From contig OY969807.1 of assembly GCA_963703285.1 (NCBI GenBank), positions 608,001-672,000 of the forward strand: DNA of 64,000 nucleotides, written 5' to 3'. This document shows, in pieces, positions 29,044 through 38,676 of this stretch. The position numbers and the translations under genes were made by a program. The notes under the pieces are model-generated. The model was not told the origin of the DNA, made no database searches, and saw only the letters and a program-made list of their open reading frames with translations. Numbering within the stretch: the first letter of the stretch is position 1; the number at the start of each line of letters is the position of its first letter. The stretch comes from an uncultured Nitrososphaerota archaeon (GTDB lineage: Archaea; Thermoproteota; Nitrososphaeria; Nitrososphaerales; Gagatemarchaeaceae).

Positions 29044-30228
29044 TTAGGATACGTTTCTTTGGTATCCTTTGGCCTTCTGGAGCAGGTTCTCGAACCTGCT
29101 CACCAACATTTCTTCATTGAACTGCCAGGCCTGCCTGGCCTCGTCGAAGAGCTCGGGGATGATCGTGAACGAGAGGGCATGACGCTGGTCGATGATGAAG
29201 TAGCGGGCGTTCGTCTTCGTCTCCGACATGACGCCTGCAAGGTATTGTAAGCCCTCGGTGATCGACTCCACCGGGAACGCGAGCTCGGCCTCGTACTTGT
29301 CTCCGACTGACTCGGACCAGAGGAAGGGAAGCTGGTTGAGCCTGGACATGACCTCGATCCTCTTGGCCTGGTCTAGGTCGGAGAAGAGCACGGCCACGTA
29401 GATGTAGGTGTGCTTCTTGTTGAGCGCCCTGTCCGCCTTGTAATCGTACTTGGACCCCATCCAGCGGATGGTGTAGCCCTTGGTCAGCCTTCTCTCCTCG
29501 ATGTGCTTCCTGAAGTGCCACGTCAGCGTCTTGTAGTTGATGTTCAGCTTCTCGGCCATCTCCGCCAGGCTCCTGTTCCCATCCATCTGGAGCTGCTTGA
29601 GTATGAGGAGATCGGTCGTGTCGAACCTCTCCCTGGAGGACGGAAGGTACGAGGCGGCCTTCCTGTCGACCTTCGTCTCCGTAGGCCAGTCGAAGTCCCA
29701 GCGTCCCTCGTCGAAGTCGTACATCTCCGTCTTCATCGGAGGGTTCCGGAACCAGAGGAAGGTGTTGAACTCGAAGGACCTGAAGTATCCCTTCTCCTTG
29801 AGGCCCGCGAAGAACTCGCGGTAGGTCTCGACCAACTCGTCGGGAACCGAAGCGTGCACCAGGAACTTTCCGTCGGGGAGGACCTTCTCGAACCCGACGA
29901 TGTAGCCCTCGGCGCTGAGTATTGTGAGCATCATCTCCGCGACATCCCTGTACCCGTCCGCGAAGTCCATGACCATGACCACCCTGCGAAGCCCCAGCTT
30001 CTCGTGGTCGATAGCGACGAAGACCGCGAACCCCTTGTTAAGCAGCTTCTCCTTGTATCGGTAGCGGACGCTCTCCTTGAACTGTCCTAGGCGCCTCGCT
30101 ATCTCGGATATGTTCGGCCCGATCTCCGTTATCATCCCTGCGAGCTGTCCGGTCTTGAAGTTAGAAGTCCCCTGCTCCCCCTCGTCCACTGTCCTTTCTA
30201 GTGGCATGCCTGTCCTCGGCGCGCCCAC
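29044..30228 (-). CDS. Tandem Lrp/AsnC-like transcription regulator (two HTH plus two RAM-like modules)
   Basis: GPNISEIARRLG; second HTH DLLILKQLQMDGNRSLAEMAEKL; repeated FD..W.F motifs; paralogue at 51898-53124. Confidence 0.8.
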   Translation of the reverse strand: MGAPRTGMPLERTVDEGEQGTSNFKTGQLAGMITEIGPNISEIARRLGQFKESVRYRYKEKLLNKGFAVFVAIDHEKLGLRRVVMVMDFADGYRDVAEMMLTILSAEGYIVGFEKVLPDGKFLVHASVPDELVETYREFFAGLKEKGYFRSFEFNTFLWFRNPPMKTEMYDFDEGRWDFDWPTETKVDRKAASYLPSSRERFDTTDLLILKQLQMDGNRSLAEMAEKLNINYKTLTWHFRKHIEERRLTKGYTIRWMGSKYDYKADRALNKKHTYIYVAVLFSDLDQAKRIEVMSRLNQLPFLWSESVGDKYEAELAFPVESITEGLQYLAGVMSETKTNARYFIIDQRHALSFTIIPELFDEARQAWQFNEEMLVSRFENLLQKAKGYQRNVS

Positions 30229-30309
30229 ATGGTAGGATACTTATAAGTTCTGGTATGAATTCTGTGTATCTTCTAACTGCCTTTAGAGATTCCTTGGCCC
30301 AGCGCTACG

Positions 30310-31248
30310 TCAGATACCCAGGGCAGACCTGAGCCCCTTGTACCTGTTCCTGATGGTGACCTCTGTCACGCCCGCCGCCTCCGCGACGTCCCTCTGGGTC
30401 TTGTCCTCCCCTTCGAGCGTGCAGGAGACGTAGAGCGCCGCAGCTGCGAGCCCCATGGGGTCCTTTCCTGCCGAGATCCTCGCCTCCTCGGCCCTCTTCA
30501 GTATCTCGAGGGCGCGTCTCTTTGTCTTCTCCGACAGCCCGGCCCTCGAAGCTATGCGGGATACGCACTTCGTCGGGTCGACCACTGGCATCTTGATGTC
30601 CATCTCCTTCAGGAGAAGCCTATAGCACCTAGCGATGTCCTTCTTCTTGACGTTCGAGACGACCGCCAGATCCTTGAGCGTCCTGGGGGTCTCCCTGTCC
30701 CGGCACGCCGCATAGAGCGACGCCGCTATGATCGCCGATATCGAGCGACCCCGCACCAGCCCCCTCTCCAGGGCCTTCCTGTAGATGTAGGCCGCCTTCT
30801 CGACGACGGCATCCGAGACAGCAAGCTTGTCAGAGAGCCTGTCGAGCTCGCTGAACGCCTGCCTCAGGTTCCTGTCCATCGGCTCGTGCACCTGGCTCCT
30901 GCTGTCCCAGGTCCTCAGCCTCTCGACCGTTGCCTTCATCGACGCCGAGAGCGACTTGCCCGAAGCATCCTTGTTGATCCCCCCTATGACCGTCGCGAGG
31001 CCCATGTCGTGCATGGCAATCGAGGTGGGCGTGCCTCCCCTGGACCTGTCGTCCTTCTCCTCCTTGGAGAAGGCCCTCCACTCGGGACCTGTCTCGACGA
31101 TCTTCTCCTTCACGACGAAGCCGCAGTTGCTGCAGACCAGCTCGCCGCCGTTCGTGTCAACTACCATGGGTCCCTTTCCGCATCGCGGGCACCTGTCGAG
31201 CGCCCGTTGGAGTTTCATTACCCTCGAGAAGTCGCGGTCGTAGGACAT
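30310..31248 (-). CDS. tfb: Transcription initiation factor IIB
   Basis: CPRC...CSNCG zinc ribbon, GPEWRAF, GKDPMGLAAAALY, VTEVTIRNRYK. Confidence 0.97.
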   Translation of the reverse strand: MSYDRDFSRVMKLQRALDRCPRCGKGPMVVDTNGGELVCSNCGFVVKEKIVETGPEWRAFSKEEKDDRSRGGTPTSIAMHDMGLATVIGGINKDASGKSLSASMKATVERLRTWDSRSQVHEPMDRNLRQAFSELDRLSDKLAVSDAVVEKAAYIYRKALERGLVRGRSISAIIAASLYAACRDRETPRTLKDLAVVSNVKKKDIARCYRLLLKEMDIKMPVVDPTKCVSRIASRAGLSEKTKRRALEILKRAEEARISAGKDPMGLAAAALYVSCTLEGEDKTQRDVAEAAGVTEVTIRNRYKGLRSALGI

Positions 31249-31529
31249 CGCAATGGCACCGAAAAGGTTTAATCGTTCGACGCGTCCTCGCCAAGATATA
31301 TTTAACGTTTGTCCAGATTGTCTGGAGCATCGGAAGGAGCGGAACAACATGCAAGACGTACAGCAATCCTAAAGCCGCATTGCAGGTCTTAGATTTCCTT
31401 GCGCGGATTCAAACCCGCGCCCTGTGATGCCACCGCGCCCAGGCGGGTCTCCTTCCTAGCGCCAGAAAATGAATCACCCCTCCATCAAGCTTTAATAGAA
31501 GTTGGGGTCGATGGCCGCCAGAGACGGCT

Positions 31530-32171
31530 ATGCAAGGCCTCGTGCTGTTGGAGGACGTCCTGCAATTCGTAGGGGCCTTCGTTGCGTTTTCCATCGCGAT
31601 AGTCTCCTACAAGGGGGTCAAAGAGACCAACAGCGCTTCCCTCCTGCGCCTGGCGGCCGCGTTCGTCTTCCTCGGGACGGGGTTCGTCCTCGAGGGCCTC
31701 TACGGCCTGAACTCGCTCTATCTGATCCCAGGATTCGAGGTTTCTCTGGCGACCCTCCTGATAGCGGGCCTCTTCCTCGAGACGGCGGGATACTTCTTCC
31801 TCGCGTTCTCCCACATGCTCGACGTCTTCCTGGACAAGAAGATGGGCGTGATGCTCGCCCTCGTGCCCCTCATGGCGATCAACCAGACGAGCCTGGTCGT
31901 GATACTCACGAGCCTCTCGTTCTACTTCATCCTTTACGGGGTGGTGGAGACTCTCTTCGCCTACTCCAAGAACAGGAATCCGAACACGCTGCTGATCGCC
32001 TGCGGGCTGGCTGTGATAGCGGGCGGGTGGTGGGTGTCGCTGGCGGGGCCCGACAATCTTATGTTAAATATTTTACAGCTGTTGATGAAAGAAGTTGGAC
32101 TCGTCACACTATTCATCCCCGTGCTGAGATTTACCTTCAACAAGAAGAGTGGGTGGAATGGCCCAGTATAG
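31530..32171 (+). CDS. Multi-pass (about 7 TM) membrane protein
   Basis: Internally repeated hydrophobic triplets; coupled to the downstream wHTH gene. Confidence 0.8.
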   Translation: MQGLVLLEDVLQFVGAFVAFSIAIVSYKGVKETNSASLLRLAAAFVFLGTGFVLEGLYGLNSLYLIPGFEVSLATLLIAGLFLETAGYFFLAFSHMLDVFLDKKMGVMLALVPLMAINQTSLVVILTSLSFYFILYGVVETLFAYSKNRNPNTLLIACGLAVIAGGWWVSLAGPDNLMLNILQLLMKEVGLVTLFIPVLRFTFNKKSGWNGPV

Positions 32172-32445
32172 AACCCAGACGAAGATAATAGCGGATATCT
32201 TGGTCACGGCCCGTGACATGAACACGGCCGGGGACGGTGTGGGCATCACGACGCTGCTGCGGAAGGGCAACGTCTCCTACAACAGGATGACCAAGCTCAT
32301 CGCCGACCTTGTGGGTGCGGGCCTCCTGGAGGAACTCACGATGGAGAAGATCTCGAAATACAAGATCAGCGAGAGGGGCATCAGCTTCCTCGTCGCCTAC
32401 AACCAGTTCGAGGACTTCGCCCAGTCGTTCGGCCTGCGTCTCTGA
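32149..32445 (+). CDS. Winged helix-turn-helix regulator (archaeal HTH_45-like)
   Basis: YRTQTKIIADIL..ITTLLRKGNVSY...YKISERG. Confidence 0.88.
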   Translation: MGGMAQYRTQTKIIADILVTARDMNTAGDGVGITTLLRKGNVSYNRMTKLIADLVGAGLLEELTMEKISKYKISERGISFLVAYNQFEDFAQSFGLRL

Positions 32446-32496
32446 GCGGTCCTTCGTTCCGAGTCCAGCGCGGCTCGAGTCTGATTTTTATCCTCC

Positions 32497-33432
32497 GTGA
32501 ACCGACCTAGGCCCGATATGTTAGCCTTCGTAGGAGCCGGGCGGGTCGGCGCCCAGGCCGCGCTCGAGGTCGCGTCGCTCGGGCTGGACGACCTCGCCCT
32601 GGTCGACGTGATCCCGGGGCTGGCCGACGGAGAGGCGCTCGACATCAGCCAGAAGATCTCAGAGACGGGCGTCGACGTCTCCGTGACCGGGTCGGCCGAC
32701 TTCTCGTCGATAAGGGGCGCTGATGTGGTGGTGATAACCGCGGGCCTGGCGCGGAAGCCGGGGATGACGAGGATGGACCTGTTGGGCAAGAACGCGGGGA
32801 TCGTAGAATCGGTCTCAAAGGAGGTGGCGAAGTATTCGCCGACGGCCGTCACGATAACCGTCACCAACCCGATGGACGTGATGAACTACGTCGTCCGAAG
32901 GGCGACCGGCTTCGCGAAGGAGCGCGTCGTCGGCATGGGCGGGGTGCTCGACCTCTCTAGGTTCAAGCACGTCCTCTCGCTCAAGCTCGGGGTCTCCCGT
33001 TCGTCCATCTCGGGCCTTGTGATAGGTGAGCACGGGGAGAACATGCTGCCTCTTCCGCGGTTCACCTCTGTGGGCGGCGTGCCCCTGACATCGATCCTGA
33101 GCGAGGAGGAGATCGAGGAGGCCATCCAGAACACCCGCCAGGTGGCGATCGACGTGATCTCCAAGAAGGGCGCGACGGTCGACGCGCCCGCCAACGCCGT
33201 CTCCAGGATGGTCCAGGCGGTCGTCCGGGACAGGAAGGACGTGCTGCCGGCGTCGACCTTCCTGGAGGGTCAGTACGGGGTCAGCGGCCTGGCTATCGGG
33301 GTCCCGATAGCGCTCGGGGCCGGTGGGGCCGAGAGGGTCTATGAGCTCGACCTAGACGAGGGAGAGAAGGCTCAGTTCATGAAGGGGGCCGACGCGATCA
33401 GGGAGGGGATAGCGGCCCTCCCGGCACTCTGA
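32497..33432 (+). CDS. mdh: Malate dehydrogenase (LDH-like)
   Basis: GAGRVG, TAGLARKPGMTRMDL, VTNPMD, GEHG. Confidence 0.95.
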   Translation: MNRPRPDMLAFVGAGRVGAQAALEVASLGLDDLALVDVIPGLADGEALDISQKISETGVDVSVTGSADFSSIRGADVVVITAGLARKPGMTRMDLLGKNAGIVESVSKEVAKYSPTAVTITVTNPMDVMNYVVRRATGFAKERVVGMGGVLDLSRFKHVLSLKLGVSRSSISGLVIGEHGENMLPLPRFTSVGGVPLTSILSEEEIEEAIQNTRQVAIDVISKKGATVDAPANAVSRMVQAVVRDRKDVLPASTFLEGQYGVSGLAIGVPIALGAGGAERVYELDLDEGEKAQFMKGADAIREGIAALPAL

Positions 33433-33546
33433 GGGCGGGGCGACTGGAGCCGGTGCCGCGGCCAGGCTCCGCCGAGGGACGGGCGTCTCCATAGGCGGGG
33501 GACGGTTCATAAACAGGCCTCTTCGGGAGGCGCCAGAGGGAAGATC

Positions 33547-34860
33547 CTGTCCAAGTTCGACGTCCTAGTAATCGGCGCGGGTATACTCGGAGTCTCCTCG
33601 GCATACCACATCAAGAGGAACAGTCCGGAGAAGCGGGTCCTGCTGATCGACCGCCTCGGGGACGCGGGGCAGGCGAACACGGGGAGGTCCAACGCCATGT
33701 ACAGGAACACGTTCACGTCGGCCGACAACCAGGCGCTCTCGAACGCGGCCATCGACTACTACCTCCACGTCCAGAAGGACCTCGGGGTAGACATCGGGGT
33801 GGACAGCGTCGGCTATCTCTGGCTGATGACCGAGAAGCAGCTCGCGCTCTCTCGCCCCCACCTGGAGAAGATGGCGGCCAACGGCGTGGACCTGCGGTCC
33901 TACGACCGACCCGAGCTCGGGAGGATGATGCCGGGCTTCGTGGCCGGACCGACCTCGGAGGAGGCGAACCTCATGAGCCTCGGAGAGGTCTCCAGCGGAG
34001 TCTTCGGGGTCAAGTGCGGCCGGCTGGCACCCGACAGGCTCGTCGGTTACTACAGGGACCAGTTCACGGCCCTCGGGGGGAGCGTGCTCTTCGGGGCTGA
34101 GGCGAAGAAGCTCACCCTAGGGGCGAAGGAGACCACGGGCATAGAGGGCGAGCCGTTCGTCTGGCAGGAATGGCGCGCTACCGGCGCGACGCTCGCAGAC
34201 GGGACCGAGGTCGAGGCGGAGACCGTCGTCGTGGCAGCGGGCGCCTGGACCAACGAGCTGCTCGACCCCACGGGCATCGACGGCCACACGAAGGCCAAGA
34301 AGCGCCAGCTCTTCACCATCCCGGCGGCCGGGAAGCCCAGCCTGGAGAGGCTGCTCCTCTCGGGCGGATTCAACTCTTCTGGGGTGCTCCCGTTCGTCAT
34401 CCTGCCCAAGGCGGGGATCTTCATCAAGGCGGTGAGGGAGAGCGGCGAGTTCTGGATAGGGTGCGAGGACGAGGTGAAGAGGCCGTTCATCTCCCTCCCG
34501 GACCACGACCTCGACAGCTACCCGGCCGAGCCCTCCTACTACGAGCAGGACATCTATCCCGTGCTCCGTGAGTACTTCCCGCAGTTCGACGGGGCGAGGC
34601 CGGCCAGGATGTGGGGAGGGCTCTACGGATACAACACCATCGACAACGTCCCCTTCGTCTTCGCGGAGAACGGGCTCGCGGTCGTGGGAGGGGACAGCGG
34701 AAGCGGCGTGATGAAGGGCGACTCGCTGGGAAGGATAGTCGATGCGGTGTACCGGGGTGGCGAGGGGGCCGAGGCGGTGCTCTTCGGCGGGGCTTCCTTC
34801 AAGGCGTCCAAGCTGGGGTTCAAACACAGGGACGTCCAGCAGGAGGAATGGGTCCTCTGA
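33547..34860 (+). CDS. FAD-dependent oxidoreductase (DAO/sarcosine oxidase family)
   Basis: Frame extends upstream of the track ORF to include FDVLVIGAGILGVSSAYH (probable CTG start); WGGLY, GSGVM. Confidence 0.88.
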   Translation: MSKFDVLVIGAGILGVSSAYHIKRNSPEKRVLLIDRLGDAGQANTGRSNAMYRNTFTSADNQALSNAAIDYYLHVQKDLGVDIGVDSVGYLWLMTEKQLALSRPHLEKMAANGVDLRSYDRPELGRMMPGFVAGPTSEEANLMSLGEVSSGVFGVKCGRLAPDRLVGYYRDQFTALGGSVLFGAEAKKLTLGAKETTGIEGEPFVWQEWRATGATLADGTEVEAETVVVAAGAWTNELLDPTGIDGHTKAKKRQLFTIPAAGKPSLERLLLSGGFNSSGVLPFVILPKAGIFIKAVRESGEFWIGCEDEVKRPFISLPDHDLDSYPAEPSYYEQDIYPVLREYFPQFDGARPARMWGGLYGYNTIDNVPFVFAENGLAVVGGDSGSGVMKGDSLGRIVDAVYRGGEGAEAVLFGGASFKASKLGFKHRDVQQEEWVL

Positions 34861-34948
34861 CCGCGGGGACGGCCTCTCGGGAGTAGTCGAGGGGAGAGAT
34901 ACGCCAAAATGAACATAAACCGGCCGCGATGCGCGACCTTCGGTTTTT

Positions 34949-35860
34949 TTGGAGGACGGAGAGCTCGTGTGCAGGGACCTCACCAAGGTCTACGCCGGTT
35001 CGCAAGGGAAGAAGGCCCTTGACAACCTGAGCCTGACCGTCCAAGCCCGAGGAATCTTCTCACTGATAGGAATGAACGGGGCCGGGAAGACCACCCTCGT
35101 GAGGATTCTAGCGACCCAACTCGAGCCGACGTCCGGGGTTGCGCTGATTAGGGGCTTGGACGTGGTCAAGGACGCAAGGAAGCTGCGAGGGAGCATCGCC
35201 GCAATCCCGCAGGAGGCGAGGACGGTGCCCTGGATGACGCCGATGCAGACCATCTCGTCCTACCTGCTTTGGCGGGGAGTCCCCTATCCCGAGGCGAAGA
35301 GCCGGGCGGTCGAGGCACTTTCCAGATTGGGACTGGAAGAGCAGGGGAATATCCTGAACCGAAAGCTCTCCGGGGGGCAGCGCCGCAAGGTAATGGTAGC
35401 GACGGTGTTGGCGGCGGACGCCGAGATCACCTTCCTCGACGAGCCTACCACCGGGCTGGACCCAGTATCGAGGAAGAGCCTCTGGCAGTCGCTGCAGGAC
35501 CTGGCGAAGGACCATTTTCTGATTCTCACGACACACTATCTCGAGGAGGCGGAGAACCTTGCCGACAGCATCGGGATACTCGACAAGGGCCGTCTTCTCG
35601 GACTGGGTACTTTGGAGTACCTCAGAGGCCTCGTGAAGTATGAGTACAGCATAAGGATGCCCTCTGGTACCGCGGTCCCCGGCCTAGAGGATGGGAGTGT
35701 GACTACGGGCAGGGACGGTCAGGTCCAGATTCTGACCAGCAGGTCGGAGGCGTACCGGATTTCGGGGGAGCTTTTCAAGACCGGGGCCAGAATCTCGGTG
35801 AGCCGCATCTCGCTCGACGACGTCTTCTTCCATCTCGTCGGGGAGCAGGGGAGCTCTTGA
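34949..35860 (+). CDS. ABC transporter ATP-binding protein
   Basis: GMNGAGKTT, LSGGQ, FLDEPT, TTH. Confidence 0.95.
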   Translation: MEDGELVCRDLTKVYAGSQGKKALDNLSLTVQARGIFSLIGMNGAGKTTLVRILATQLEPTSGVALIRGLDVVKDARKLRGSIAAIPQEARTVPWMTPMQTISSYLLWRGVPYPEAKSRAVEALSRLGLEEQGNILNRKLSGGQRRKVMVATVLAADAEITFLDEPTTGLDPVSRKSLWQSLQDLAKDHFLILTTHYLEEAENLADSIGILDKGRLLGLGTLEYLRGLVKYEYSIRMPSGTAVPGLEDGSVTTGRDGQVQILTSRSEAYRISGELFKTGARISVSRISLDDVFFHLVGEQGSS

Positions 35861-36603
35861 CGGCGAGGCAGTGGCTCAGGCAGATAGCTGCGTCGGTGCT
35901 GGTCAACTCGATCTACGCGATGAAGAACTATCCGGTCGTACTCATCAATACGCTCCTCGCCCCACTCTCGTTCTTGGTCATTGTGAACTTCGTGAGCAAG
36001 GGAGGGCTTCTCACTCAGGCAATCGAGGGCGCGTTCATCATGAGCATGTTTTCCAGCGGGATGGGGCTTCAGAGCGATCTCTCCCACCTCAAGAACGATT
36101 TCAAGCTCCAGGACATGGTGGTCAGCTCCCCCGCTTCGCCCGCTGCTTACGTGTTCGGCATGGCAGTGTCGGAGATAGTATATTCGATCCCCGCGCTGAT
36201 AACGGTGACCATCCTGCTGGCGATCTTCGTCCATCCCGACGTCGCCCAGTCGCTGGACCTACTTGGTGTGATACTCATGATGTTCACCACCTCTGTCACC
36301 CTGGGCTTCACCCTCTCGACCCTCTCTAGCGACATAGTGCAGAGCTACGCCTTCTCGGGCCTCGTCTCCGCGGTGTTCACGACGCTGTCGCCCGTCTACT
36401 ATCCCATCACCTACATCCCCGAGCCTTACAGGTACCTCGCCTACCTGTCGCCGACCACCTATGCCGCCGAGATAGCCCAGTCGTCGATAGGGACCTTGAA
36501 ATTATCTTCGGATTCCATCGCGCTGGCGTGGGTGGTCCTGGCCATAGTGACCATAGTCTTTGCGGTCATCGCCGTCACCAAGGCCAGGTGGCGCGAAGTT
36601 TGA
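35857..36603 (+). CDS. ABC-2 type permease
   Basis: Six TM; SPVYYP...SPTTYA. Confidence 0.9.
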   Translation: MTARQWLRQIAASVLVNSIYAMKNYPVVLINTLLAPLSFLVIVNFVSKGGLLTQAIEGAFIMSMFSSGMGLQSDLSHLKNDFKLQDMVVSSPASPAAYVFGMAVSEIVYSIPALITVTILLAIFVHPDVAQSLDLLGVILMMFTTSVTLGFTLSTLSSDIVQSYAFSGLVSAVFTTLSPVYYPITYIPEPYRYLAYLSPTTYAAEIAQSSIGTLKLSSDSIALAWVVLAIVTIVFAVIAVTKARWREV

Positions 36604-36634
36604 CACCGTTCCTCTTAGTGCTTCACACTCGCCG

Positions 36635-37099
36635 TTAGAGCGTCTTGTTCCTTCTTTCGCGCTCTCCCTCTCGCTTCGCAAGCTGCTCCCTGTAAGCTAC
36701 ACGCGACAGCTCATCCGCCTCGGAGTTCTTCTCCCTTGGTATCCACACGAACCTCAGCTTCTTGAACTTCCTCGCGAGCTCCACGGCCTCGAGGTACTTC
36801 TCGACGTACGACCCGGGCAACTTGTGCTTAAGCGCCGTCTTACTCACCTTCAATGCACCAGACATCTGCCCAATCAAGAGCTTCGAGTCGGAATAGACAG
36901 TAATCTCTTCATCCCTAAACTCGTCCAACTCGCGGAGTAATTCGACCAGAGCACTGTACTCTGCGAAATTGTTCGTAACTTGGTCGCCTGCAAACCCATG
37001 CCGGCCCAGAATGCTCTTTCCGTCTCTATAGACAGCATAGCCATATGTTCCGACACCAGGATTCGGTTCCGCGAGTCCGTCGGTGTAGGCCTGAATCAT
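36635..37099 (-). CDS. rnhA: Ribonuclease HI
   Basis: AYTDG..EPNPG, TNNFAEY, YSDSKL, WIPREKNSEADELS. Confidence 0.93.
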   Translation of the reverse strand: MIQAYTDGLAEPNPGVGTYGYAVYRDGKSILGRHGFAGDQVTNNFAEYSALVELLRELDEFRDEEITVYSDSKLLIGQMSGALKVSKTALKHKLPGSYVEKYLEAVELARKFKKLRFVWIPREKNSEADELSRVAYREQLAKREGERERRNKTL

Positions 37100-37202
37100 C
37101 AATTTTGCTCCCCTCGGATAGGTAATTATGCGATACGGATGCCTAGCGCGAAATCGATTTCGGTTTAAGAGGCGTTGGTGAGTCGAGTGTTTTTTACTCT
37201 TC

Positions 37203-37718
37203 TCAAGTTCCGTTCTCATTCCGCTCACCGAGACTAACATGCCGCGCGTAGTATCCCTTGCTGTTCAGCGCTCTTATCTGCATCCTCAATCCTTCTCGGA
37301 ATTTGATTTCATCCTCGGAGAACCCGGCAGAACCAAATCTTCCGTATCTCTCCCTCCTGGCGAAAGTTCTCCTCTTGTCAAGGAATTGCAGAATGAGCTC
37401 AGCCTGCCCTCGCTTCAGTTTGAAGTAGTTCAAGGTGTCGAGCAACAATCTTTTCGTCGAAGAGATCGGGCAGTACCAGTTGTAGGCGTCCGACCATTTG
37501 AGTCCAGACTTGTCCTTTCGCTCCTCATGATGCACATAGATCGCCCCTCCATACTCGTCCTGAAAGAGGGTGGGTACTTCGCGACGAGTGTTTGAGACCT
37601 TGACGTACGGTCTGTAGGTCGGCGACGGCCGACGTTTTCTGACCTGCTTCAGGATAGCAAGATAGCCCTCTCCATCCATGAAGCCGGCCATCCATGCCTT
37701 GTCCGTCTCGCTGAGCAA
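37203..37718 (-). CDS. Free-standing single-motif LAGLIDADG homing endonuclease
   Basis: AWMAGFMDGEG, VSNT, YFKLKRGQAELIL; no intein splicing blocks. Confidence 0.88.
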   Translation of the reverse strand: MLSETDKAWMAGFMDGEGYLAILKQVRKRRPSPTYRPYVKVSNTRREVPTLFQDEYGGAIYVHHEERKDKSGLKWSDAYNWYCPISSTKRLLLDTLNYFKLKRGQAELILQFLDKRRTFARRERYGRFGSAGFSEDEIKFREGLRMQIRALNSKGYYARHVSLGERNENGT

Positions 37719-37816
37719 GCGTAATCCGAGTTTGGGACACTAGATAAGCGCCCCTCCCCGTCTTTCAGACGGCTTGGTCGAAATCGCCACTACCTATGTC
37801 TCTCGAAATCTGTTTC

Positions 37817-37851
37817 AAAAGGGGGGGAGGTTGCCCTTTGGCGGGACAACC
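37817..37851 (-). terminator. Hairpin and pyrimidine-tract terminator after the TRAM gene
   Basis: Minus strand GGTTGTCC-CGCCAAA-GGGCAACC then TCCCCCCCTTTT. Confidence 0.6.
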
Positions 37852-37879
37852 CATCTCTTGTAGGACCGCAGACCTGCGT

Positions 37880-38221
37880 CTACTGCTCTGCTGACTCTTC
37901 CGTAGACTCTTCCGCCTCAGGGGCTACTTCCCCCGAAGCTGCGGTCGCCGTCGAGCCTTCCACGAGCTGTCCGCTCGCGTACCGGTTCGAGACTTGGGTG
38001 ACCTTGATCCTCACCTGCTGGCCCTGCTTCGCGCCAGCCACGAAGATGACGAAACCGTCGATCTTCGCGATCCCGTCGCCGCGCCTGCTTACGTCGGAAA
38101 TGGTCACGTCGTACTCCTTTCCAACTTCGACTGGCTTTGGCTTGAAGGATCTGAAACCTCCTGCTGAGGACCCACCGCCGAATCCACCGCGGTTATACCC
38201 GCCACGTTGTCCGAAACTCAT
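37880..38221 (-). CDS. Single TRAM-domain RNA chaperone
   Basis: PVEVGKEYDVTI....RGDGIAKIDGFVIFV; Gly-rich N-terminus. Confidence 0.93.
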   Translation of the reverse strand: MSFGQRGGYNRGGFGGGSSAGGFRSFKPKPVEVGKEYDVTISDVSRRGDGIAKIDGFVIFVAGAKQGQQVRIKVTQVSNRYASGQLVEGSTATAASGEVAPEAEESTEESAEQ

Positions 38222-38676
38222 CCGTTTTCACATCCTACCTAAGTTTCCGTCGGTGATTTTCCATGTCGCGGCGGCATAAATAAACGTAATGGTCGTTAAT
38301 TTCGTCCCGCGCTGATAGTCGGCGATTTAGCATGGCCGAGACTCGAAGTGGTGAATCACCGAGAGGCATGGTTTGGACACCGAGCCCACGACGGACGAGA
38401 TTAGAGCCGTGATGACCAAGAACGTTCCCCTGGTCGATATATGGCGAGCGCGCTGAGGGCATACCCAGGGCGGCACCGAGGGCGAGCTGATCTTTCGCGC
38501 CTGCGTCTCCAGCGTTATGAAGACGGTCGCCGGTAGGGTGAACCACCCTGAAGTGGGAGCGCCCCAGCTGCATGCGCGTCGTATGACTAGCGATACTGCA
38601 ACCATATTTTCTATATGAGAAACGTTATCCTATCGGAGCCCCAGGTCCGGTCCGGCGCAGCCCGTGGAATGATTCG

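Noticed and set aside
31400-31420. GCGCGG-ATTCAAAC-CCGCGC hairpin resembling a tRNA T-arm
   Set aside because: No acceptor, D or anticodon stems could be built on either strand.
38373-38618. Plus-strand frame interrupted by a single TGA (possible selenocysteine or readthrough)
   Set aside because: No recognisable family, redox motif or SECIS-like element; more likely non-coding or decayed.
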